A program made the position numbers and the translations under genes. Source: Pristiophorus japonicus (Eukaryota). From it: DNA of 64,000 nucleotides. Positions 36,080 through 48,018 of this stretch are shown one piece after another; within the stretch, counting starts at the first letter, position 1; every line of letters begins with the position of its first letter. Under the pieces are notes generated by a model that had not been told where the DNA came from, did no database searches, and saw nothing but the letters and a program-made list of their open reading frames with translations. The stretch is from the NCBI RefSeq assembly GCF_044704955.1, contig NC_091994.1:20336001-20400000 (forward strand), in the 5' to 3' direction.

Positions 36080-39000
36080 GTACAAATATACAAAGTACAA
36101 AAAAACCGAGCGGTGGCGTCGATCGATAGACTGTATTTAACATTGAGATCCTGCCATTAAAAGGTAGGGATGTTATAATGCAAATTGACTTAACATGACA
36201 ATTGCGAGGAATTAATAAAATTCGCCTGTACACAAATAAATAATCACGGGTATACGTTCCAAAATAGTAGTGATATGAAACCTTTAAAAAAAAGGACCTA
36301 GTGGCTTTGTTCCTCCGAAAACGGTCCATTCATCTCCACGACGTGAAATTTGTGAATAGAGAGATTTTCATTGAGTAAAATGTAACGTCCTGATGCGATC
36401 AGTTACATAACACCACGTTGAGAGACACGAGGAGACGGATGGTTAACTGAACGGTTCCGATTCACAGATGCGCTGCAGGGCAGCGAGATGTCCCTAAAAT
36501 GACAAGTGCCTTTTCAGCGCCTGGCAGTATTCTCCAGATTATTTTTAATATTTCACCTGATCCCGTTCGATCCTTTACAATTCCCCCACTCCTTTTCTGA
36601 TCATTGCAATCCCGAGCCCAGCATACAGCAGCCCTTTGAAACTCGTTTTGGGTTAAGTCGTGCGATTTTCTTTGAAATTCCTTATTTTGCCGCTCGGCTT
36701 TATTAGCCACAACAATCAATCTGTGGCAGTATTTTTTTTTGGAGAAAATCCAAATGAACACAACGCAACCAAACAAAACATTTAATAAAATGCAAAATAA
36801 GCAACGCTGGGTCGGAAAGTGCTCACAACATATACTAATGTAAATAAACCCAGTGGTTTATTTATTTATGCAAGTTGGGGCCGAGTAGCTAGGATGCTTA
36901 CCTGCAAGTATGTGTATTGATATAGGGACAGGATATATGCACATTTAAGACAACACCAAATGAGGACAAATTCAAACTGCCTCTATTGCTGCAGCATTGC
37001 CATTGCCGAGCCAGACTAGTGTACGATTTGGGACTGCATTACATGTCACCCTCTCGCAGCCGAGTTGTAGACAGACCGGGGATGTCTGAGCGCAAGTGCG
37101 ACTCAGTCAAGCTAGCATTCCTCGTTACATCATTCATCCCCCACCCACTCCCCCCCAAAAAACCAACCAGTCATCGCTGCAGCCGTACAACACATCAGGT
37201 GACCGCCCCAAACACCACGTTACCCCGCGCGTGGGTGGAACCAGCCGAGTTTCATTCATAAATTGCTCGGGTTTAAATCAAAATTAAAGGAGTTGCCATT
37301 GGGTGCCTATTTGTGTCCCGTATGGACCACATGAATTGCAATTAGGTAAGTCGGTGACTGGCGGCGATGCAGAAAACTCATAGTCAATCTTCTTTAAAAA
37401 TAGAAATCAAGATTTTAAAAAAAGTATAAAGCAATTATAATGAAATCGTGGCTAGTGTGTGAGTATTATACAGATGTGCGATGGCGGTGGTGTAGTGTGC
37501 AGCAGTCAAGGATAGCTGGCGACTTAATAAAGGAGAAATGCAATCAGAAACAAGCTTACAATCTTTTAATGTGTTAACCGAATCAATGATTACTAGTTAG
37601 TGGAAAGAGAAGAACCAATTCTTAGAACGAAAGCGTGTGTGCGTGTTTCCAAACCGAACCCACGGCGGCTATTTTTTTGTACATTTTGCATTATTGAAGA
37701 AAAATGTTCAGCTAAGGTTTAGTATGGATGCGTGCTCGCTGGGTAATAAGAAATGAAAAGCAGATCTCTCGCTTTCTCTTTAACATTTGCCTTGTTTTTT
37801 TTTTGCAAAGCCTTAGCCGTTAAGAACAGTTGTTTTTTTGCCTGAATGGTAACTGGCGATCTCAACCTGTCACCTACCTTACCGCGTTTTACTGAATGGC
37901 TTATTAAGATGGATAGCGAGTGAATGCACGGTGACGTTGTGCGCAATCAGCTCCGGGCAAACCAAGTGCGTAAAAACTCCTCCGAGACTCCTCATTACTT
38001 GCATTTAAAAAAAAACATGACTTATATAAGAGGCCTGACCTCAGAAGTGATTGTTGTTGCTTCGATTGTCTTTTCCATTATAAATGCAACACCTCTGTTA
38101 TATATTTTTAAACTTCAGATGTTGGGTTAACCATTTAACAGCCGAAGTTGCAATTCGGGTTAATTTAATTTTCTAGTTACTTTAACAGAAACCAAATACT
38201 TATTTTCCTTTTTAATCAAAATGCTTGCCCTGCTCAAGAGGAGCGACAGCAGTAATAGGAATAGAACGTTTTTAATTTGCGTGCCGAAGGGGAACATGGT
38301 ATAATCGCACCTCAGATACAGCGAGACAGTAAGGGTTAAACGTAATGCAGTGTCCCCATCACCATCTACGCCAACCGCATTCCCAAAGGCGCCTTTGCCT
38401 GTGTGATATTTGCATTTCCGACATCACCAGTTGCTTTGAGAGGGCCATCCAACTGGTCAATTTCATCCGCCCACTAGTCTCCAATGGGGAAAGGCTTGAA
38501 ATTGCAAACTCTGAGCGGCTGAAAGACATTCAGAATTATTTTCACCATCCCACCTAAAGAAGGGTTGTATTGTTCCTAAATATCTAAGTGATTGCTGTTA
38601 GGAAGTGAAATCAGAGACATTTACAGACTTCCAGAACAATTCTTTATTTGCAGCATTCTTGAAAGAAACTCGTTACAAAATAAACAAACGGTGATATAGA
38701 TGCACAATTGATACTGCGGTCATCAAAAGGTTAAAACGCGAATGTGATGCATGTGCCAAATATCTTGCTGGTGGTGAATTACAATGGTATACTTTCATTG
38801 AGAAATAATATTGGTCAGCACTATTTAGAAAAAGTGTCAATGGTATTTTAGAAGAACGAAACAAAATAGCTAAACAACAATTCTAATTTGAGTAGCGCCA
38901 ATGTGTGCTCATATTATCTTCTTTTGTAAATTAAAATAATGCATTACATGAGATCTACCTTCAATCATAACTGAAATCTGCTGCAGGTACTTTAAAACTA

Positions 39001-39500
39001 ATTTCCTTGTCTGTTTCATAAAAATTATAACAATTATCTCTGGGTAGACCCAGTAATACATATATATGGATGGTTTATGACTATGTAGCCAGCTGAGTCC
39101 AAATCTGAGATTTTATACAATTTTCGTTCTGAAAAACAGGACCCAGTAGCATAAAAATCGAAATTTTAAAAATTATAAATAAATACAAATACGATTTACA
39201 TTTTTACCACAATTCGTTTTACCATAAAGATCAATAATCACCGAACATTCCATTTGAAAGTTATTAACAAAGTAAATGTTCATCAAAAGTACTTCAGTAA
39301 TGGCATTATGTTTTCATGAATAAGACTAGGTGGCTATATCTCATTAAAAATCTTACGTCTGAACCGCCTGCCTGCCTACAAAACTTCACTTCCTTTCACA
39401 CTTTAGTGCCAACTATTCCCATTGTAAATTCCTTATCTACATTTATTCGAGAAACCGCTATGTAATTGCTTATTCCGACCACTGGGTGGCGGCGCACTAT
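36080..39500. promoter_or_regulatory. Repeat-poor, CpG-retaining region; putative promoter or regulatory island
   Basis: CpG is visibly frequent (densest about 36100-38400) compared with other unique DNA in the window; no recognisable TE for over 3 kb; outward-facing splice donors at about 36901 (-) and 37346 (+). Confidence 0.5.
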
Positions 39501-39789
39501 CTTTTCCCCATAAATTGCACAAAATCCTTTTTTGAAAATTTTTCAACAGAAACATCTTGATATTCTAATTTGTCTTATCTAATGAGATAACTAATATGCA
39601 AAATAAGTATTTAAAATACAATCAATAATTCAATTGAATTGTCTTTTATGGCTTTTAGTGCATTTACTAAACTTTTTACTTGGAATGCTTCAGTCTCTGT
39701 CAAAAGCCTGGCTTTTATTGATATTTTGGACCAGAGCTGTGATAATGTGAGTGAATTTGGATTGTGTCATCTGAGCATATCCAGTGTAC

Positions 39790-39895
39790 CTCAATATCTC
39801 TTAATGTGGCTCGAGGTCAAATTTTGTCTGATAATGCTCCTGTGAAGTGCCTTTGGACATTTTACTACATGAAAGATGCAATATATTGTTGATAT
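39790..39895 (+). mobile_element. L2 LINE 3' terminus, degraded
   Basis: gtcaaattttgtctgataatgctcctgtgaagtgccttt...tttactacatgaaag matches 14200-14270. Confidence 0.7.
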
Positions 39896-40230
39896 ATTTT
39901 TTGTTTTGTAGACCTTAATCTTCAGAAATTGTATTAATCTAAGAAAGCGTGTTCTTATTTTAATGTTAGTTCAATTAAAAAAAAAACCCTTGTTGAATTT
40001 TGAAGCCAATTACTTATCTCACCTGTGTTGCTAACTGTTAGGAAAGATAAGTGCTCTAATTGCTTCTGCCTATAAAACCGTGGTTCTAATTACTAATACT
40101 TATGAGACAGACAGAGAGTGAATGAGTGACCGATAGACAGAATATCTTTTCTCATTCTAATTTGATTTCTTAAAAAAAGTACAAAATAGTTGAATTTTGA
40201 AAGCAAATAAAAACCATGATAAACCATTAT

Positions 40231-42535
40231 AACGAGAGAGGATTAATTAGCAATCTTGTTGTGCGAGGCCCTTGGGGAAGAGTGCCCATAATATGGTAGA
40301 ATTCTTCATTTAAGATGGAGAGTGACACAGTTGATTCAGAGACTAGAGTCCTGAACTTAAAGAAAGGTAATTTTGATGGTATGAGATGTGAATTGGCTAG
40401 GATAGACTGGCGAATGATACTTAAAGGGTTGACGGTGGATAGGCAATGGCAGACATTTAAAGATCACATGGATGAACGTCAACAATTGTACATCCCTGTC
40501 TGGCGTAAAAATAAAACGGGGAAGGTGGCTCAACTGTGGCTAACAAGGGAAATTAGGGATAGTGTTAAATTCAAGGAAGAGGCATATAAATTGTCCCGAA
40601 AAAGCAGCAAACCTGAGGACTGGGAGAAATTTAGAAATCAGCAGAGGAGGACTAAGGGTTTAATTAGGAGGGGGGAAATAGAGTATGAGAGTAAGCTTGC
40701 AGGGAACACAAAAACTGACTGTAAAAGCTTCTATAGATATGTGAAGAGAAAACAATTAGTGAAGACAAAAGTAGGTCCCTTGCAGTCAGAATCACGTGAA
40801 TTTATAATGGGGAACAAAGAAATGGCAGACCAATTGAACAAATACTTTGGTTCTGTCTTTTCTAAGGAAGACACAAATAACCTTCCAGAAATACTAGGGG
40901 ACCGAGGGTCTAGCGAGAAGGAGGAACTGAAGGAAATCCTTATTCATCAGGAAATTGTGTTAGGGCAATTGATGGGACTGAAGGCCGATTAAATCCCCAG
41001 GGCCTGATAGTCTGCATCCCAGAGTACTTAAGGAAGTGGCCCTAGAAATAGTGGATGCATTGGTGGTCATTTTCCAGCATTCTATAGACCCTGGATCAGT
41101 TCCTATGGACTGGAGGGTAGCTAATGTAATCCCACTTTTTGAAAAAAGGGAGTGAGAGAGAAAACAGGGAATTATAGACCAGTTAACCTGACATCGGTAG
41201 TGGGGAAAATGTTGGAATCAATTATTAAAGATGTAATATCAGCGCATTTGGAAAACAGTGACAGGATCAGTCCAAATCAGCATGGATTTATGAAAGGGAA
41301 ATCTTGCTTGACAAATCTTCTAGAATTTTTTGAGGCTGTAACTAGTAGAGTGGACAAGGGAGAACCAGTGGATGTGGTGTATTTGGACTTTCAAAAGGAT
41401 TTTGACAAGGTCCCACACAAGAGATTCGTGTGCAAAATTAAAGCACATGGTATTGGGGGTAATGTATTGACGTGGATAGAGAACTGGTTGGCAGACAGGA
41501 AGCAAAGAGTAGGAATGGCAGGCAGTGAGTAGTGGGGTACCGCAAGATTCAGTGCTGGGATCCCAGCTATTTACAATATACATCAATGATTTAGACGAAG
41601 GAATTGAATGTAATATCTCCAAGTTTGCAGATGACACTAAGCTGGGTGGCAGTATGAGCTGTGAGGAGAATGTTAAGAGGCTGCAGAGTGACTTGGACAG
41701 GTTAGGTGAGTGGGCAAATGCATGGCAGATGCAGTATAATGTAGATAAATGTGAGGTTATCCACTTTGGTGGCAAAAACAGGGAGGCGGAATAGTATCTG
41801 AATGGCGGCAGATTAGGAAAAGGGGAGGTGCAACGAGACCTGGGTGTCATGGTACATCAGTCATTGAAAGTTGGCATACAGGTACAGCAGGCGGTGAAGA
41901 AGGTAAATGGCATGTTGGCCTTCATAGCGAGAGGATTTGAGTATAGGAGCAGGGAGGTCTTAATGCAATTATACAGGGTCTTGGTGAGGCCACACCTTGA
42001 ATATTGTGTACAGTTTTGGTCTCCTAATCTGAGGAATGATGTTCTTGCTATTGAGGGAGTGCAGCAAAGGTTCACCAGTCTGGTTCCCGGGATGGCAGGA
42101 CTGACATATGAGGAGAGACTGGATCAACTGGGCTTATATTCACTGGAATTTAGAAGAATGAGAGGGGATCTCATAGAAACATATAAAATGCTGATAGGAT
42201 TGGACAGGTTAGATGCAGGAAGAATGTCCCCGATGTTGGGGAAGTCCAGAACCAGGGGTCACAGTCTAAGGATAAGGGGTAAGCCATTTAAGACTGAGAT
42301 GAGGAGCAACTTCTTCACCCAGAGAATTGTGAAGCTGTGGAATTCTCTACCACAGAAAGTTGTTGAGGCCAGTTCGTTAGATATATTCAAAAGGGAGTTA
42401 GATGTGGCCCTTATGGCTAAAGGGATCAAGGGGTATGGGGTACTAAAGTTGCAAAAATGATCAACCATGATCATATTGCATGGTTGTGCAGGTTCAAAGG
42501 GCCGAATGGTCTACTCCTGCACCTATTTTCTATGT
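40231..42535 (+). mobile_element. CR1 LINE, 5'-truncated ORF2, disrupted
   Basis: Collinear with the other CR1 copies; GVPQDSVLG, KFADDTKL; tail ctattttctatgtt. Confidence 0.95.
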
Positions 42536-43379
42536 TAAAACAGAAAGGAAGGAAGTGGATGGGCAAAACATTTTGATGGCGACTGGTTGTCTGATCTCTC
42601 ACAACCTGCCTTTAGGGGAGCAAGTGTGAATGGGGAGGTAGTGATTGCAGGCTTAAGAGTATGGTAAGTGAAATCAGAGCAAGGGGAAGGTGAGGGGAAG
42701 AGGTAAGGGTAGGGATGAAAGTGAGGGAGTGGTAGAAAGCGGAGAGTGTAGTGGGAAGATGAGAGTATAGGGGACACAATGAGAGCAATGATTAGGGTGG
42801 GAAGGAGTTACTAATGGTTAACTTTCCCTCCAACTCCTATCCTAAATGTAGCCTGCAGTCATTGGTGTCTTCCTTCTCTGCCACACCATACCATGTTACC
42901 CACCGCCTCCTGCCTGCAAGGAAAGAACAAAAAGAGAGGAGAATAGGAGAGGGAAGCAAAAGGAAGAAGTAGGAAGACGGAACAGGAGAGAAAGTGAGAC
43001 AACATCAACACAAAGACAAGAGACCATATTACCTGGCTCGCCATGTGCAACACTACTGGAAGTTGACTAGTATTTATGCAACAGTGTTGACAGCATTTAT
43101 CACCGATCAATCATCAGACTTTGCGCAAAATGTCAACAAATTACAATTGAACAATCTCTTTCTTTTTTTTTAAATGTAAAAAGGGAATGAAACCCAAATC
43201 ATTTTCTCCTTGAGCATTGACCTTGAGATAGTCTGGCACCTCCCCAACGTGAATAGCCAAGCAGCCGCCAAGCCAGAGAAACTTTCAACAACAGTAATTA
43301 GCCTACAGTTGACCTCCGAGCCCATTGAGAGCACTTTCCAACAGAAAGTACCTGAGGCAGGAGTGGCAGCCAAACATCA

Positions 43380-43600
43380 TAATGACAACTTGCATTTACA
43401 GCACACCTTTAATGTCAGAAATGTTGCGGCCTGCTTCACAGAGGTTAACCAGACAAAAATGGACACAGAAGCAAAGAAGGTGAGGGTGAATAAAAACGCC
43501 TAGTCAAAGAAGTGGGCTTTAAAGAGGAGAGGCAGGTGGCGAGGCAGAAGGATTTAGCAAAGGAATTCCAGAGCGTGCTGCTTTGGCATTTGAAGGCATA
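43380..43600 (-). mobile_element. L2 LINE 3' end, degraded
   Basis: caacttgcatttacagcacacctttaatg...gtcaaagaagtgggctttaa...ggaattccagagc. Confidence 0.65.
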
Positions 43601-44429
43601 GCTGTCATTGCTGGGATAAAGAGATCCCAGGCTATCTATGAGAAACGCCATGAGAAGTCAACTAACCTTTGCAAAAAGCCGTTCAACCTTAAATATCAAA
43701 ATGTTTAGGATGCACATTTTAGGTCTGAACTCCTACAGATGTCCGCACAATGCTCGTCAGAGTAATCAGGCATAGCAACTCTAGGTAACCTGGAGACAAA
43801 GCTAGCATCATGCTCTCATGCATATGGAAATTGCAGAAAACATACACACACATGCACTTACCAAGAATGGAAAGTGTAGCCCACCTTCTGTTTAGCTAGA
43901 CTACTGTAACATTGATGCTAACATTGTTTTGAGAGCAAAGAAATTCTCATTAGAGATATCCTGTGTTCTTTGCATACAAAGGGTAAACAGCTTCTGTGGA
44001 GTAATTATTGCCTGATTCTTTAGAGAATACAATAAAAATATAACTCTAAAACAAAGCAAAATTCAAAGATTGTAATGAGCATAGGCATCATACACTCTAA
44101 AAGAATATGTATTCTCATTTTCTATATCTATTCATTTTAATATGAAGATTATGACTGATTTTTAAACAGTGCAATTAGATATGGAATACACAGTTTATAA
44201 TTAAAATTACTCAGCTCATACTGTAATCAAATCTAATTTTCCGCCTCTTCTTTTAAAGGTACCTGTACTGTCTCATGCTGGGGTATGGTCCCATAGCTAC
44301 CAACAACCCTCCTGTACTTCACCCAAGTTGGTCATTCTTCATGTGTGAATCTAGGCAGTGAGTGTCAACAGGCTCTTAAATTCTGGGGATATCACAGCTA
44401 AGCTAATGCTTTTTCTTATGACTGTGCTA

Positions 44430-44610
44430 TCTTAGAAAGATATAATTTTGTATGCTATAGCACCTATTGTGTCTCTCAAAGCACTTCACACACGTAATGA
44501 ATTACTTTTGCAGTGCAGTCACTGTTTCTCTTTGGATGAATGCAGTATCTATTTTGCACACAGCAAGCTCCCACGAACAGCAAAAGAGATGAATTACCAA
44601 TCAATCTATG
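44430..44610 (-). mobile_element. Degraded SINE 3' part
   Basis: tctcaaagcacttcac...gtgcagtcactgtt...tttgcacacagcaagctcccac. Confidence 0.6.
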
Positions 44611-46301
44611 TGTTCTTGATGTAGTTCCAAGCCTGGTTCATTCTGTACAAAATGCTGTAGTGACAAGTGGCTGGTGGATTGTTCCAACAGCAATCCGGTT
44701 GGATAGGTTAATTTGCTTGTGGATGGTGGCCCAAGATATTTAATTTAAATACAAACATCTTTTAAAGTATATGTTTGATTGGGAGTTTAAGAGACACTTT
44801 TTTAAAAGTATTTTGTTCCTGCGTACCTTCAAAGTATTTGGGGCTGACCTCTGTCAAGTCAGTAATTCGTTTGAAACCATCGGGGATAGGGGCAGGACAG
44901 AGACTCCATTAAAAGTCAACATTATATAAGACTATGTGGTGAATTCATAGGAAAAGCAACTTTGTTGTTTCCTATATCCTGAAGAGGTACAGTTGAGTAT
45001 ATAATTAATTTAAGTATTCTTGCTGTTATTCAATTATTTGCTTACTGTTCAATAAATCTATTTAGATTGTCGCCTAAGCCATTGTCTGTTAGTGTTTTCT
45101 CCCCATCTTTTCAAAGCCGAGGAAGCCACTTGGTGGCAGATGATATATCCAGGAAGCAGAAATACAGTGATGAGGGTAAAAATATATATATATACTTTAA
45201 ACTGAAGTTGTATTGTACCAGGTTGGCTGCAAATGTCACAATCTTAGTCACTGGCTCAGGGGCAAGCAATTGAGAAATGAATTGAGGTGTTTTATCAAGG
45301 CATAGTAAGCAAACTCTAGAGTTAATACTAAACTAAATAGTCCCTGGCCTACGTCTGTTGGGTTTTATGAATGGGTGCAAAAGTTCTATTCTCCTTCACT
45401 GTCAGCACTCACTTCTATAAATTTGAGGGCCTGAAGTTAATAATAGAAGCACTTACAGGAATTTTATTTGGGGAGAATGTCGACATTGGCCTCCTTGTTT
45501 ATGGAAATGGCTTCTGGCAGCATGGAGATAACCTCGTCTTAACCAATAGTGAATGTGGAGCCCAGTAAATAATTAATCGTGTTATGGGTCTGCATACATA
45601 GGAAATTTGAAAAGACTGGGAGCATTGCTTAAGGGAATTGATGAGCCTATAAATTCCTGAGAGTGAAACAATCCTTTATTGACTGAATTGAGGTCAGAAA
45701 TCCTCATGCTGGTCGGGATCTTCTTAATGATGCTGAGACAGTGGATTCATTTGGTGCCTCAGATCTTATTAGATTAAAGATTTCAAAGAGTTATTTAAGA
45801 AATTGGAGGAAATTCTGCAAAAATAAATGGTACTGAAACCAGCTGAAGCTATTAGAGGGAAGCTTTCAGGTTGTGTGCCATTCTGCAGTGCAGCGACTGA
45901 TACACGATAGTGAAAGATTGGAGCTTCTTTTTAGGATTTTGAAAGCTTGTGTCAAGCAACAGCCATAGCTGTCAACTAGAATTACATACCTGTGATGTGA
46001 ATTTAATGGCATATTGCCTCTCTACCCTGTGTTTAATCCATCTTTTATACTCTCATTATTGTCTGTGCCATCAACCCATTCACTAGTCCACCGTACATAC
46101 AGAAAAAAATGATTTTAATTACACAAGAAAAGGAAAGCTGTCATACGGAGGAGTAAACTGATGTATTTCTGTGTGGCATTTTATGTCAATCTACATAAGT
46201 TGGGTTTATTGCAATCCTTTAATGGGCAAGGGTATTTCTCTTGCACATAACTACCATGAACACATGAACCTGGGTGTGTCACCAACATCCTTGATGGAGT
46301 C

Positions 46302-46518
46302 TGTTATGTATTTAACCCTTTGTAACCTGCATGACACCTGACCACCAGAGGGCCCACCTGTCGGAGTCCCAAGGGATCCCAGCATCCCTTGGGAGCACAG
46401 TATATAAGCAGGCCACCCACGAGATACCTGCACTCTGGAATCTTATTAAAGGAGCTAAAGTCACACTTGCTCATTGTACACAGTACTCAGCTTCTACCTC
46501 TTTATTATGAGTGTACCA
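46302..46518 (+). mobile_element. Solo LTR of a third Gypsy family (217 bp)
   Basis: TGT...CA termini, perfect 5-bp TSD GAGTC/GAGTC, TATA box (tatataa), attaaa signal; layout like the other LTRs. Confidence 0.88.
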
Positions 46519-47401
46519 GAGTCAATCTGCTGTGGTGCCCAGGGCTGGAATGATTTCTGTCCTGCAGAAAAGATGAAGAGGTGTTAGAGATAGGGAACGT
46601 ATATGTTTAAACCAATCCAAATGGAACATGATACACAAGCCTGGATAGTCAGAGCTCCTCTCTTCCATCAGTAGGATGCAAGGATCCTGATACTTGGGTT
46701 CTCATTCATGATCTTCAGAGACCAATTTCATTGCTCTTCTTCCCAGCACAAAGCTTGCAATCCTGGCCCCTGTTCAATTAGGAAAATGTTAAATTCGTGT
46801 TTGAATTTTAGAGCAGAGTTGCACTTCAGTGTGCTGTGTAGTAATCTTTCCCATAAAAATTAAAAATCTGACTGTGAAGAAGTTACTCCTGTGTGTGACC
46901 CTGGAAAAAAATGGGGTTGTGCAGACCCAAAGTGCAGATGCACATGTGTCCATAATTTGGGAGACAGGACATGTCAAATTATACAGTGCAAGCCTCATCT
47001 CCTATTTTGAATAGGCTAAAGGCATAGGATAGGATCCAGACAGAAGGGGGAGGTGGGAGGGGGGGGGGGGGGTGAAGAATAGTGGTTTGTCTTTACATAT
47101 TAAGGGAAATTAATTTATCTATTTTTAAGTTCAGGACAAACCCAATTTCTCATTTGTGTTGAAATCAAAACTCACTGCAATGTCTTACACGCTAACAAAT
47201 TCTTTTTCCAGACCTCAAAACTCATTGCCTTTCTCAGCATTTCCTTCCTCCTACAAGCTTTAGACTTTTAAAACATCTGGCTGACAACTGAAGCACGTAT
47301 CCTATATGGGGCAGGATTATTCAGATGAGGTAATAATTACATGATAATGTCATACATCATATTTTCTGCCATTATCACCTCATAAAAGGTGATGATCAGT
47401 C

Positions 47402-47922
47402 ACGACGACAACAACAACAACTTGTATTTATATAGCGCATTCAACATAATGAAAAGTCCCAAGGCACTTCCCAGGAGTATTATGAGATACAAAATTTGAC
47501 ACCGAGCCGCATAAAGAGAAATTAGAACAGGTGACCAAAAGCTTGGTCAAAGAGGTAGGTGTTAAGGAGCGTCTTGAAGGAGGAAAGAGATGCGGGGAGA
47601 TTTAGGCAGGGAGTTCCAGAGCTTAGTTCCTCGGCAACTGAAGGCAAGGCCACCAATGGTTGAGTGATTATAATCAGGGATGCTCAAGAGGGCAGAATTA
47701 GAGGAGCGCAGACATCTCGGGGGGTGGTTGTGGGAATTACAGAGATAGGGAGGGGTGAGGCCATGGAGGGATTTGAAAACAAGGATGATAATTTTGAAAT
47801 TGAATCGTTGCTTAACTAGAAGTCAATGTAGGTCAGTGAGCACAGGGGTGATGGGTGAGTAGGACTTGGTGCGAGTTAGGATACGGGCAGCCGAGTTTTG
47901 GATCACCTCGAGTTGACGTAGG
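47402..47922 (-). mobile_element. L2 LINE 3' part, split by the CR1 (resumes 52000-52120)
   Basis: (CAA)n tail plus cttgtatttatatagcgc; 52000-52080 on the minus strand reads AAEALIHAFVTSRLDYSNA, a typical L2 motif. Confidence 0.85.
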
Positions 47923-48018
47923 GAAACATAGAAACATAGAAAATAGGTGCAGGAGTAGGCCATTCGGCCCTTCTAGCCTGCACTGCCATTCAATGAGTTC
48001 ATGGCTGAACATGCAACT

